DNA of 64,000 nucleotides, from contig NC_068985.1 of assembly GCF_001194135.2 (NCBI RefSeq), positions 43,142,293 to 43,206,292 on the forward strand, in the 5' to 3' direction. Position 1 is the stretch's first letter. Every line of letters begins with the position of its first letter. The notes below the pieces were generated by a model. It was not told where the DNA came from and ran no database searches. It saw only the letters and a program-made list of their open reading frames with translations. Below are positions 1 through 13,809 of this stretch, piece by piece. The position numbers and the translations under genes were made by a program. Origin of the DNA: Octopus bimaculoides. Taxonomy: Eukaryota.

Positions 1-3000
1 AACATCACTGAGTAGAAATTGAATTTGTTACGTAATCAATATATATTTTGCGAATGGCTGAGGAAAGACAGTGATGAGAATTTACAGAGAAAGTTGGAAT
101 GAGCAATTTTTATGTATATTTCAGATCTTTACTGTTATAGACAGCTGTATTTAGTAATGATGATGGACTCTCTTATTGCTTCAACAAATGAAGGTCCAAC
201 AAGACACAACTGAAAAAAATCAACCATCACATTACAGCTGATTGTATGCAGGGTCAAAGCTAGAGATTTCCAGTATCTGTCCCAGCTGTCTCTTTCCCTA
301 TTGCCACTGGACTTAGGAAGAAAATGCGACAGCGTTGGTGTTTTGGTTTGCTGATTAATCTGCACAATGAATATCATGATAGTAGGCATGGTTTGTGCAG
401 AGCCAGTCTTACTCACTCATCCATAAAACTTGTATTAGTCTGGTGCAACAAGTTCCACAAGCCCAGGTTTTGCAGGATTTGTATGGAGCTACATTCTCTT
501 AAATGAGCACCTAAAGAGCTGCATCTACCCTCGGTTCATTGGGGTGAGTAATCTGCTTCTAAAGACAATGCCATCAGAAGCTAAGTAACCTGCAGTTGAG
601 ACAATGACAGGTGCTACTACTCTAGTCAGAGTTGATCTGGGATCAAAAGTGGCTAAGAGATAGTGCCACACTCCTCAAAACCCTAGAATTCTAGAACCAG
701 GCCTCACTGGTAGATGCAGTAATGATAAAAACAGTGATATTGGCTTCAACTGATTTCTATTATAGCAAAGAATGTTGGTCTCTCCTATGAAAATTCCTAG
801 TTTTTTGGGATTTTTTTAAAAATAGTAAATTGCATTCATGCAGTCAATTTTAATTAATGTGGTCTTTCTGAATCTCTAATGAAAATTATATTTTTATAAC
901 ACCAGATTAAAAAAATAAATGCCAACTACAAATGTTTATTATTTGTACAGAAAAAAATCCCATTAAAATGAATTCAATACTATCCTCGTTTTACAGCCAT
1001 TTTTCCAGGATTGCATAGGTTGGATGAACCATGACATTTGTTGCAGTTCTTTCTTATCTCTATTGTGCGGTTCAACATCCTGAGATAAGGTTTTACAAAC
1101 TCTTCTCCTTCCGCTTAGATCAACTAGCATCCCTTTATCCCCCTGTCATTTTCCACACACATCACGTCTGTATCAGTGCAGTTTTCTACTCTACTTTGTA
1201 TCCAGTTATTCTATTAGTTTATTTGTTCCCTGATGCTCCATACACTGACATTATATACCCATTAGTAGAGCATGCTCACCTCCTTTCATTTTTTGAATTC
1301 TCCACATATATTCATCTTTTAGGACATATTTACATCATCATTTTAACATCCAATTTTCCATGTTCACATGATCAAAAAGAATTTGCAGAAGCAGATTTTC
1401 AGCTGCTGGACAACCTTCCCATCACTTATCATCACCTGTTTTACCCCATAGTCAGAATCTTTTCACAGAACATTGGAAATGAAGAACACTGTTTACATGG
1501 TGGTGACACTCATTTACAACATACAATGTCAAGGCAAGAAAACAGTTGAGCACACACACACACACACACACACAAACAAGTTTCTTTCAGTTTTTAAGTA
1601 CCAAATCTACTCACAAGACTTTGGTCAGCTCAAAGCTATAGAAGACATTTGCCCAAAATCCCATGCATTATTGGGACTGAACCCAGAACCATGTGATTGG
1701 GGAGCAAACTTCTTACCACACAGTCATACCTGTGCCTATTTCAGATATCAAAGAAAATTAATGATCTTTCTTTCATTACCATTAAGTCTCTTGGTGAAAT
1801 CATTCACATTGTAGTATCTGCCAAAATTTTCTGGAAATCAGTCAAGATAAGATTATTCAAAGAACATTTTCTTTCCACATTCTTTCAATAGCCGAGTTGA
1901 TAAAAGCTGTCAATTCTCAATTTGGTATTTCAACTTAAGAACTTTTAAATACCAAAAAGTTTCAAACAAGTTGAGGTTCATAACTTAACTTTAAAATTAC
2001 TGTTCTCAAAATCTTTCATCTGTACCAGAGAGCTTTTTATAGCTGGAGAAGATTACAGATTTTTCATTTTACAAAATATGAAAGAACCAGATTTCAGATA
2101 CGTCTTCCAGAAATAATCCACAAGAATCTGCTCATGAGGTTTCATTTGCAGCAAATAAGCCTCTAAAGATATGTGTACAGTCATGTATACATTTAGTTCA
2201 GTTCAGTATTATACATTGTGATTATAAGTAAATGTGAATATATAAGATTGAACTGTGTTCCATCAAAAAAAACATTTTTTCACACTAGTAAAGTTTTAAT
2301 AGCATTGTTTGTCTGGTTAAAAATTTATGACCAGTGGATGTGAAAGCAGTTTTATGCTATTTGTGGGTTGTCTGCAGTTCTACTTAATTTCCATCACCAC
2401 TACACTCATTGTTTTGTCTGCTTTCCTTGCAAGTAATGGTTTGACAGGTTGTTACAGTCCAGTTTGGCTCCTAAGAAACAAACATTTCCTTTATATTGGT
2501 TTTTATTCTTTGGAGAAGTAACTCTCTATGAAGTTCTCAACTGATAAAAATATAGGACAGTGAAAACTTGTCTACATTACTTTATCAATCAATCCTTTTT
2601 TGTCATCTTTTTAACAAACTGAACACAGTTTTCATAAAATCAGTATTTCTGAAAATAATTTGGTTTGAATCAATTTCAGAGAAAGTTACATATGCCATCA
2701 ATAACAAAAGAAATTTAGTTTTAATTACAAGGTCATTCAAACTAGATATAACCAACATGTATTCAGTTATTTATTCAGAAAAATATTGTCAGAATTTTGT
2801 GTCGTTCTTTATACATACAAAAACATTGTGTAGTAAATGAAAAATTATTATTACCAAATGACCATAAATATCCAATTGCTGTAACTAAATAATGCCAAGT
2901 GATATAGTTTTAGCTTATAACATTTAAAATGCATTTTATAAGGATTTCTCTTTGGAATAATACTGAAAATCCAGACATTCATATAAATTAACTTATAGAT

Positions 3001-3515
3001 GGATGACTTTCCTAAAGTTAACATCTAAATGATTGTTACATCTATTTAAGGCATTAATATAGTACCATAATTGTAGTGTTTGAATTCATAATGCTTGATT
3101 AACCATGCTCACTACCTACTTGTTAAACAGCACTGGAGCAGTTATTCACATTAATTTTGCATTAATTTTAAATATGGCATAAAACAAATCAAACACTTTT
3201 AACTATGTAATATAATTAGCATTTTTACATAGGACAAAATTTTTTTTTTTTTTTCAAAAATCATTAAAGCAATGAAATAACCGAAAAGATTGTAAAAAGA
3301 AACAAAAAACAATTCTTCAAAATTTCATTTCTGTATTTAATGTAATGTTTTATTCATCATTGTTTCCTAATTTGAAAACTTTTTTATTGAAGAAAGCAAC
3401 AATATTTAATATTAACTTTGCATAAATTTAAAATCTGCTAAACTAACCTCACCACTACTGAAAAATATTCAGTTAATTTTAAGATTAAATCCAACCAATG
3501 AAACATGAAACATAC

Positions 3516-3587
3516 CTTTGTACATATCAGTAACTGCTGTAGCTGCATTTCGAAATGGACCCCATAAAGAACGGCCTTGGTGTCGAT
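3516..3587 (-). CDS. HAPSTR1: HAPSTR1/C16orf72 homolog, second coding exon (72 nt, phase 1-1)
   Basis: Acceptor tttttttgtcag| and donor AAAG|GTATGT. Joined to exon 1 it reads (D)RHQGRSLWGPFRNAATAVTDMYK, matching recalled human 'DRVCQQPGLSLWVPFQNAATAVTNLYK'. Not in the ORF track. No later exon found in 1-3515, so the gene continues left of the window. Confidence 0.92.
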
Positions 3588-3804
3588 CTGACAAAAAAAT
3601 AAACATAAGCTGTTAAATATAACTTTAAATTAAAAAACAGGATACAGATTAAAAAATAATAAAGTTAAATTGATATTAGTTAATTAGGTCAACTTAGACA
3701 AGTCCTCAAGTGGTACTCAGACTTCCATATGTCATGCTCACTCACCTGTAAATTTCACATCTTTCTTTAGTACCTCCTTATGCTTTCATTTCAATGTCCA
3801 TATT

Positions 3805-4230
3805 TTAACTTCTGTAGCACCAGCGAGCTAACAGAGTGCCCAACAGCGCTGACAGTAACCAGTCAGCCAGCCTCCCCTATACAAGATGCTTGTTGCTGAT
3901 AAGCAGCATTTCAGGAGTAGCCTCCATCCAGTGACTTCTGCAGAATAGGCTTCAAGGCCCAGCATTCACAACCATACAGTAGAACAGATTGTACAGTCAC
4001 ATAGAAGCTGAGCTTGATATGCTAGGGGACTTTGGAATTCTATACACTACCATGCTGTCCAGAGCCTCCTGTGCAAGCACCTTCTTAGCTCTTTACAAGT
4101 TGATCCACAAGCTTGGATATTTGAAGACTGACTTTGCTCAGCACAGTCTCTCCTGTTACCACCAGATGGAGATGGTTGAGGAGGGATATTATTGATGATG
4201 ATCTTAGTTACATGGAATCTAGCCAAAGAC
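3805..4230 (-). mobile_element. Degenerate LINE ORF2 C-terminal fragment (RTE-like, different family from 21742-23616)
   Basis: Minus strand reads FKYPSLWI..., KLSFYVTVQSVLLYGCECWALKPILQKSLDG, with frameshifts and stops. Boundaries approximate. Confidence 0.6.
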
Positions 4231-4456
4231 ATATCTTGGCACAATCAATGCTCTCAAAGTAACACATCATCTCCATAGTAAATATGTTTATAAATCTAAG
4301 AAAAAGACATTCAAAAAGCTGTTGCACCTAGTTTTGTACTGTGTGAAGATATCACTAGTTATTGTTGAGGTGGTAATATTAACTATGAGTTATCTGAGAC
4401 TGATACCAACTTAAGATAACTAAGTTTTAATCTCTCATTTTAATACTGTTTATTAA

Positions 4457-4613
4457 CCCTTTAGCATTTAAACTTCTCAGTCAAACGTAATGCTTATACA
4501 TTCATATTGTTTTGAATTAATCATGCATTATTTTGTAGTGATTGTTTATTTTTAGAATGACATTGTATGGTAGATGCAAGAGGTTGAATCTAGTCAGCTT
4601 AAATGCTAAATGG
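4457..4613. mobile_element. piggyBac-type MITE, copy 1
   Basis: TTAA|CCCTTTAGCATTTA ... AAATGCTAAATGG|TTAA: TTAA duplication and CCC...GGG-type ends. Confidence 0.8.
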
Positions 4614-4864
4614 TTAATTAACCCTTCCATGAAAAATTATACAAATTTCCATACAAAAAGCATCTTATAAGTCTTCCTTTTAAAATTTAAATATGAACTT
4701 TAAATCTTACAAAGACACACTGATGAGAATCTATATAAACTTTACTCTCATGAAGAAACATGTTTCAATGAGAGACAATATAGCAATTAAGTAAGGGAAA
4801 ATACTGCTTTATGAATCAGTAGAATAAATATACAACATAGCAATGAGAACACAGACAAAAACTT

Positions 4865-5195
4865 CAATGTCTTGCACATGCAAGCGCTACCAGTCAAGAA
4901 TTCCGCATACCGGATGCCAACAAGTTTATGGGGTCATCAGGAGAAAATGCGCGCCTCTCAACAGCATCAATGCACACCAGCCCCCCTCACTGATATGAGG
5001 CCCTGCTTGCTAGATCAATTGGTTATTAAATATAGCTCAATATTTCTCTAGCCATTGCTCATCGTCTCTATTTAACCAAATCCAGTGGCTAGCCTTCTCC
5101 ACTGTAGTTTGGATATCGGTCATGGTGGTATTTGATAACAACAGTCATCTCACACCGTGTCCAACAAACCCTCTACATCCGACTTTGATTGGAAA
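4865..5195 (-). mobile_element. 3' end of a restriction-like-endonuclease non-LTR retrotransposon (HERO-like)
   Basis: Minus strand 5195-5037: FPIKVGCRGFVGHGVR*LLLSNTTMTDIQTTVEKASHWIWLNRDDEQWLEKY*. Matches the recalled 'PVEVGCRGF...AEKASHWIWLKR' terminus of HERO/RLE elements. A GC-richer putative 3'UTR follows. Confidence 0.65.
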
Positions 5196-6188
5196 ATGTT
5201 CGTGAGATTTGTGCTGTGTATGGAGAAGGAGTAATGTCTCAAAGTACCGCCCACCATTGGTTTTCATGCTTCAAAAATGGGAATTTTGACCTCAAGTACA
5301 GATCATACACCAGTCAACCAACTGAGTCCAATAAAGTGTGATTGAACTAACTTCTTCACAAAAATTCATGTCAAATAACCAGAGAATTAGCAGAGCAGAT
5401 TGATTGTGATAAAAAAAAATTTTTTTAAACTGTGGTGAAACCCAATGGACAAGGTTCAGAAATTTAGTGCTTGGGTGCTATATGCTTCAAGCAAAAACAA
5501 CGAAAATCAATGCTCCACAATCACCACCAGTTTGCTCACTCGACATAGGTCAACACATGGTCACAAATAATGTTTTCTTTACTACATTGTTACTATGGAG
5601 CAGCAAAAAGAATGAGACAGCCCTGACAAACAAGCAACTCACAAGTAAAACAAGACCTTCATCCTCGAAAGACCATGTTGTGTGTATGGTGGAACTGGGA
5701 AGGCATAATTCATTATGAACTGCTTGAGCGCAACCAAACACTCAATGCAGAACTCTACATTCAACAACTACACCAACTTGGTGCAGCAATTCAGCAAAAA
5801 AGACAGAACAAGCAAAATGGCATTCTTTGCAACACAATACCCATCCTCACATCGCCAATATGATCAAAGCCACGATTCAAGAACTCAAATGGGAAGTGCT
5901 GTCTCATCCTCCATACTCTCTAGACTTGGCACCGTCAGATTTTCATCTCTTTCAACTGATTTGTGCAGTGTATCATTCAATAATGACATGGAATTGAGGG
6001 CTTAGCTGGACGAATTCTTTGAGTCAAGACTGGAAGATTTCTATTGCCAAGGCATTGAAAAACTTATTGAACAATGGGAGGAAGTCTTAAACAACAACAG
6101 AGAGTACATTATTAATTTGTTGTCATTCTTTTTTGTTTAAAATAAAATTCAAAAAAAAAAAACGGTCATAAATTATTCCTCAACCCAA
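5190..6188 (+). mobile_element. Mariner transposase relic, left TIR missing
   Basis: EICAVYGEGVMSQSTAHHWFSCFKNGNFDL (HTH region), MLCVWWNWEGIIHYELL, WEVLSHPPYSLDLAPSDFHLF (YSPDLAPSD motif). Right end ...GGTCATAAATTATTCCTCAACCCAA followed by TA. Confidence 0.88.
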
Positions 6189-6433
6189 TATATTACAAAA
6201 ATATTACTAATTTAAATTTTAATTAAATGAGGCTCAGATCTTGAGCAATTTTTTTAAAAAACTTTGTAAATGTCTACTATATTTTCAATAAAGCCTTTAT
6301 TATCACAGGTCTGCCACAACCCTATCATAGTAACTACTATTATTCTTTAATTGACTGAAATATTGTAAACACTTAGACCAGTATGATTCCAATCTATTTG
6401 ATAATCTTAAAGTGTGTTGGTTGAGTGTTTTAA

Positions 6434-6572
6434 CTCTAGTATTCAGGTTACTCTATCAAATGTGATTGCTTATTTTTAGAATGACATAGGCATGACATTC
6501 TGGATCTGGCCAGTTTGAACATAACAGGTAAAATATTTTGGGTCTGATATGGCCAGTTTAAATGCTAAAGGG
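6434..6572. mobile_element. piggyBac-type MITE, copy 2
   Basis: TTAA-flanked. Right end GGCCAGTTTAAATGCTAAAGGG|TTAA; shares internal TTTTAGAATGACAT with the other copies. Confidence 0.75.
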
Positions 6573-9500
6573 TTAAAAACTTTTGTATGGTAAAAATATC
6601 TTTGTTGTTCAACAAAACATTCAAGCTATTTTGAAAGAAAGTCACAGATAATTGGTTATTTTGAAAGGTATCCAACTCAAAGTCTTTATATGCTAATGTT
6701 TGTAGAATCATCAACCCCGCCCCCATCTATCATGAAAATATTGTCATAAATGATTCATCATCATTTAATGTCCGCCTTCCATGCTGGCATGGGTGGGACA
6801 TTTTGACAAGAGTCGGCCAGGCAGAAGCCTGCACCAGACTTCTGTAACTGTTTTGGCAGGATTTTTACAGATGCCCTTCCTAACACATAGGAGAGGTCAG
6901 TTTTGGCAAGGTTTTTACAACTGAATGATCTTCCAAACACTAACCACTTTACAATGTGGACTGGGTACTTTTAAGTGGCACCTGCACTGACAGGGTCATC
7001 AAGTACTTGCAAGATGAAAAAAAAAAAGAACTCTTTTGAGAGGGAAGGGGGCATTGGAGGTGATCTTGTGTCAGATGATGAAAGGTTATAGTGAGACAGA
7101 AACAGGTGTCTTGCTGTAGAGGAGGTACAAGGTTACCCAGCCAGAGAGAGAGACCAGGAATGAAGACAGAAACAGGGAGCTGCCGCAAAGGAAATACATG
7201 ATTACCCAACCTGAGGGAAGTGCAGGAGGAGAGAGAGTGTGGGAGACAGCAGGATAGAGATGGTGGCAAAGTGTCAGGCATACTTACAAGGGACAGAGGT
7301 CAGAACATAAATGGGATGGTTGAGTGAAGGAAGAGATATAGTTGGTGGCAAGTGTCAGGGCATACTCGAGGTTCAAACACCATAATATAAGTGGCAAGAT
7401 ATTACAAAGGAAGAATGATTAAAGAGTGCAGGGGGGTGGGGCGTGGAGTGGCGAAAACTTGGTATATATATATATAGAGTCAGGAGGCTATTGGATAGCA
7501 ATGATACAGCAGAACAGGGCTGTGAGGACAGGATTGGAGAGCAAGAGCTAGGTATAGTGTATGAAGGAGGAAATGTGGAGGAAGAGATGTAGATTGGTTT
7601 GTTGGGGTACGGTGCATGCAAAGTTTTCTTGTTACATGCGGGTGGAACACACAAGTCGGAGGGGGGGGGGGAAGATAACAACGTTAAAGTGAGACAGGAC
7701 GTGTGGGTGGAAAACACAGATCGGGCAGGGAGAGCAATGATACAGTGACAAAGAGCCAAGAGGACAGGATTGGGGAGCATAGTGCATGAAGTGGAAATGT
7801 GATGTAGAGATGTAGTTTGGTTTGTTGTGAAAGAGTGTGAGAAGTTCTCTTAAGTGTGGGTCACAAATGATTATGATCTGTAATTCTGTAATTTAATAAG
7901 AAAGAGAACAAGCAATTATTTAAATGTGAATGAAACCAGATTAAAGGTAGTTATTTATTCAACAACTGCTATGGTTTAACTATGGTAGCCAACTCCTGCA
8001 ATATGACTAAGTCATAATTTTGATATTTACATTAAATAACTTCTCAAAGTTCAGAAAGTATTAATTCATAAATAATGAAAAGCATGTATATTTCAATAGT
8101 CAAATGGTTTATATTTAAAGTAGAGCACCTCATGGATAGAATACATAGATTAAGGACAGTTTTAGATACTCTACCAATATGTGGTTTGGTAATTCAGTGT
8201 TGAAAGCCTAGTAAAGTTATGTATTGTAATATAGTTCCAATTACCAGCTACAGTTCTACTCCCAATCTCTTACATAACTTTACTATACTCTGAGTATAAG
8301 CAGGAGAGGCAGTTACAAAAATATTTTTCCCTGTCTTTACAAACATTGTTAAATTCATATTCAAGATTCCTTTGGACCCTTCTTAATGGCATGTTAAAGT
8401 TATTGTAAATGTCTTGATCTGATGAAACTGATAACACATTTCAGGTATAAATACCAAATGCAGAAGACATAACAAAGCCAGAAGTGATTCAGTATTTTGC
8501 TGCCAGCTAAAATGGGAGAATGGAACTTATTAAGTTATGGTAGAGAGGCTATTCTGATTGGAGCCAACTCGTTCATAAGGAATCAAAGATGTATTTAACT
8601 GGATGACATGACTAATTGGCGAGAAAACTAGCGAAGGTACTTATTTCACATTGTTGGTTAGAGATTTCCAGTAAGACAATCACTACAATCAGTCAATTGC
8701 TGAAGGTACACACAATGGGTTGTCACACAGCTTCTGTCTAACAAATTCCACTCAAAAGTATAGGCCAGCCTGAGGTTATGACAGAAGATATTTGCCCAAG
8801 GTACCATAGAGTGGAATCAAACCCATAACCACACTTTAGTAAAACAAACTTCTTGACCACACAGCCACGCCTACACCTATTTAAACTGCTAGACTTCTTC
8901 AATGGCTTTCTTTTCATTAATTGTAAGAAATATCAGAGCAGTTATAACAAATATCTTGAGTCTTCTATCAATAATGTAAGCTTTAATTAAAGCTGTTCTT
9001 TCTTTTCTTTACATTTTCATTGGCTTAAATTGACTAACAAACTAAAACAAAGGAAAATAGAATTTTTTGACGACATCCAAGAAATATTTTGCTACTGATA
9101 CGGTTGTTGCCAAGCCTTTTTCATACATTTATTTACAATAATATAACAAATCTGCCTATTTGTTCAGATTTTATTATCTTCCCCATGTGCTATAAAATCA
9201 GATATTTTTTGTCAAAGAACATAAAACAAGAAACAAGTATCCCCAATTTCTTTTCATCACATTTTGGAAATTCTTTTCAACCATCAATTGCTAGCTGCTG
9301 GCTTTTACAGATTATCAGTATCTCATAACAACTTTGCACTTAACGTTGCAAAAAATGCACCACAAAAACAAGTTTTCTTTTTCAAAACCAGAAAATACTT
9401 CAGACCCTTTGTTCAAGTATTCTAACATAGTCTAAAGCATGTTAGAGTACTGTTTACATCAGGGACAATGCAGCTGTTACATTTGAACACTGAAGGTCAT

Positions 9501-9920
9501 CTAGGTAAAAACTTACCATCATACAACCACTGGCTCATAAACATGCTGCTTATTCTTTTATTTTTTTATTCCCCTGCCTCTTTAATACCTTCTGTCCCAC
9601 AGAATACATATCACTGTAGTCCATACCATACACTTGCCTCTTCTCTCAATGGTTCCAGAACCCCCATCATCGAGTATACCTGTCTCATCTATTGGAATCA
9701 GAACCTCCACAACCCAAAATACCTGTCTTGTCACCTTTTGATGCCAGAACATGCATTATCCTTTATTCCCAGAACTGCAATCCTCTAGGATTTCTTTTCT
9801 TTGTTCAGGTTTCTCTTACAGAAACAAACTATATGCAAGTAAATATATTTTTGCTTGCATATTAAAGACTTCATTTACATACATAATTATGATATAATTC
9901 CTATTTTACTGAAAATTGAC

Positions 9921-10308
9921 GTCACTAGTCATTGCCTGTGAGGTTCAAGGTCCAAAGATCATGCTTCACCACCTCGTCCCATGTCTTCATGGGTCTACCT
10001 CTACCACAGGTTCCCCCCACAGTTAAAGATCGGCACTTCTTTACACAGCTGTCCTCATGCTTGAGAAGACTCATCAAGCCAAGCAAAATCACAGTTGTGG
10101 CAGATACCAGTGTCACGCAAATGGCACCCATGCTAGTGGAACATAAAAACACCCATTACACTCTCAGAGTGGTTGGCATTAGGAAGGGAATCCAGCCATA
10201 GAAAACCATGCCAAATCAGACTGGAGCCTGGCGCAGTCTTCCAGTGTGCCAGCTCAGTCAAACCGTCCAACCCATGCCAGCATAGACAACGGACATTTAA
10301 TGATGATG
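9921..10308 (+). mobile_element. Short RTE insertion with inverted 5' segment
   Basis: 9921-10058 is the reverse complement of the ORF2 end (EDSCVKKC..GRGRPMKTWDEVVKHDL). 10057-10308 is forward 3'UTR ending (TGA)n. Both align by eye to the copy at 21742-23616. Confidence 0.8.
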
Positions 10309-13300
10309 TGGCCTGAAAACAAATTAGCACACTTAAGTGCAATACACTCCCCACCACCACCTATTTTTTAACTTAAAAATTAGCACAGTATGACTAGAAG
10401 TTATATCTATTGACCAAACTAAATGATGTGTAATAAATAATTTAGACTTTCCTGACAGTGATTATTAAATATTCCTTATATTTCATAAGCATGTATTAAA
10501 AATATTGATACCAGTTGTGTGATGTTTACAATAATGACCACCAAATGTTGACTAATAACTAAACACAGCAACATTTTGCTATGAAGTTATATAATTGATA
10601 TTGGTAGAAATGGAACTTATGTTTCTGTTTAGACAGAAATTCACATAAAAGTATGTCTAACATTTTACTATAAATAGTTAATGTGTACACTATTATCAAT
10701 GTCAATTTTGTGAGACTTATGTCTCACAAAATTATATTTTTAGGAAACAAGTGGGAATTTAAATTTTTTAATTACAGCTGATTTTAACGGTGTGGCAATA
10801 ATTAAACAACAATGTAAAGTAACAACATTAAGCACATATTAACAAATTGATCATTTCCAGATTCAGTCAGATTTTATATTTGCCAAATTCAATTAAAACT
10901 TAGAAAATATATTTTCAATGTACATAGTTCCTGTTTAGAAATGTTAACAGTTCATGTTTCAGACACTGAAAAAGTGTAATGTAAGTCAATTTCAGTATCG
11001 TCTGTGTCAAACAGACACCATGACATCATTTATGTTATCAGCATAAGGAACAGTTCTAGTCAGCAAATGTGACCTGTTACAGCAATCCCACTCCCACCTC
11101 ACTGGCCATGGGTTTTGCTTGATGCGCAATACTACTTGAATAGCTTAATAGTGATATCCAGTGTTTGTAGGGGAAAAGTCAACCCACCAGAAATGATGGC
11201 AAGATCTGTTTTTATGAATTTCATTACAACCCTGAACACCTGTAAAAATGTATCCCCAACAGCTTTTATTACAACCACTTATTATCTCTGCATCAAACAA
11301 CTATTCAGAAACGTCTCCTTTGCCAATGTCTTTTTCCCTTTAAGACAACAAATGGTGGCAATTTTTTTCCATTGCTGTAAAATGATTCTTCTTCTTGTTA
11401 GTGGTCATGATAGTAACTGTTTTCTGGCTGTTCAAATCAACTAGCCATGGACAGGGGATGTCAAAGGTCACTATGGTCTAATATACATTGCCTGTCTGTA
11501 ATTGGCTGTACTCCATGGTTTCCCATCATCTAATGATGACACAGAAACACCTATAATTTGTCTTCAAAATCTACAACAGCTTTTGTGACTTGCAAGGCCA
11601 GTGGACATGAATTTGGACTTGCTTTTGTGTCAGAGTTAGCTACTGGACCTAGAACATCCAAAATGATAACCAAGACTAAATTTCATTTCATATGCATGAT
11701 ATTCCCTTAGATGTCATGGTCAACAATAACTTTTTTATTATGTAAAAAATATGGGTTCATACATAAAAGCACTAATCTTCACTTAACAAAGATAAACATT
11801 GTTCTCTCTGGACAACACAACCATGAGGGTATTGCAGTATAAACTTACATAAAACTAGGCTATCAAAATGTAACTAAATTCCAGAATTTACAACAGATGC
11901 ACTTTTATACCATACACCAATAAAGTTCAAAGGTCACGTTCAAATTTGCTTTTTGTTTTGTTTAGGATGCATCAACTTTTCCAATGTAACAAGGTTAAGT
12001 TGTTTATGATGCAAATATGATTTTTATACAGTAATCATAATAAATCTGATTGAACACACTTTTTTCTATGTATCATGACATAGCTTGCCACTAGGATCTC
12101 AACATGTCAGCTTCAAATGATACTAAAAGTCAAAGAAAATTATATGCATGTAATTTAGGAGAGCACACTGCCCACAACTGTGGTATATATTATACACAAC
12201 TGCTTATTATACTGAAATATGGAAGAAAACAAACAAAAAAACAAAACAAAAACAATTAAGCTACATTCAAAGACTTGAAAAAATTAAACATAATATTTAA
12301 AAAGATATTTTGTACATCTAATGTTTAATTCAAATTATTGCAGGTAAGTAGATGGAAACTCAAGAGGAATAGTTCTAGTATAGAATGTCATTTGATGGTG
12401 AGACCAAGTAAAAGTGTATTTTTGTAGGAAAAGTAGAATAGAGCAGAGACAACTGAAGCAGCACAAAAGGATCAATAGTTATAAATTACTAGTTGAAGAG
12501 TTTGCCTATGAAATAAAGGACTTTGATAGTTAGAAGAAAATGAAGAGGCTACTATGATGTAGGACAAAAGAAAATCAGTTTGCAGATGTTCGACACTACA
12601 TTTTCCAAACTTGAAGAAACACAGCACAGACAAAAGCAAATTTAGCTGCATGAAAACATGCAGCATTATTATTATTAGAGATCAATTGGTCAGTATTTGT
12701 AGCAGATGAGATATTTTAATCTGTAATCAAAAGGCAGGAACAGAACAACTGAACCATAAGTCTCTTTTTGAATAGTCCTGTTCAAGTTCACTTTCCTGCC
12801 TTACCTGTGTTTGCCAAGATCTTACTGAAGAACTAATTTAAAATGTCAATTTACTAAATAACAGATTATCACTTTCATTATCTTTCTTAAGGTAAAGATT
12901 TTGCTAATATTGAAAGGCAAAACTTATCAAAAACCAGCCTAATAATTGTCAATGTAATGAAGTACCAAATTGGAAATTTTAGAACCGCAATAAGAAAAGC
13001 AGTAATAAATAGAGTAAGAATAGGTAAAATGATGCATGTAAGAAATTTAAACAGGGAGTGAGAAAATGACATTCAAATTAGAAATATATGAGTAATGTGA
13101 TATGAGTAGCTATTGCATTGAGAAAATGACGGGCTACAAGTTGTCATTGATTTTTTAAAAAAATGTTAAAATAATCTTCAGAAATGGACAAAGGCATAAG
13201 TAATGTGGTTAACCACACTATGATGAAGTGCTATCGATTCCTGGACCACAGTACAATAGAATAGTTAACAACATTACTGTGGTGTGGTTTTAGGTTTGAT

Positions 13301-13809
13301 CTCACTGCAAAGCACCTTAAGAAAGATGTCTTCTATCATTGTATCTGGGTAACCAATATGAGAACTATAGGCATTTTGAAGAATATCACCTTCATAAGTT
13401 TCTTCAACTCATGCCAACATGGAAGAAGTGGATGGAAAAAAAAAAAAAAAAAAAAAAAAAAAGACTGATGAACAATAAGTCCCCTGCAATATTAGTTCTA
13501 TACTGAGTTCACACAGTTCTTCAACACTCTCACCATCAGAAATAGAACAAACCAGAGACTAGTACATTGAAAACCTGCAATTAATGACTATTGTCCACCA
13601 ATTGTGAATAACAAAAAGAAGTTTTCGTCATAATGAAATTGTATTTCATTAGCATTTAAAGGAATTTTTACATAACATGCCAGCAACATTTCATAAGAAC
13701 AAAAAAGAGAGACTCATAAAATGCCAACTGTGCAATATATCAATTTTATTTTCAAGTCTACAGTACAATTAAAAAGTTGTAATTGGTTCAATTTTAAAAT
13801 GCTCTAGAT

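Noticed and set aside
135-720. ORFs 135-416 (-) and 324-506 (+) as a possible HAPSTR1 exon 3
   Set aside because: No match in any frame to the expected continuation (recalled human ..WVKKRRRTIRREDLISFLCGK..). The region looks more like a decayed repeat, but the motifs are too weak to call.
13438-13462. Poly(A) run as a processed retrogene tail
   Set aside because: Directly follows a SINE/RTE-type 3' end; no upstream spliced ORF.
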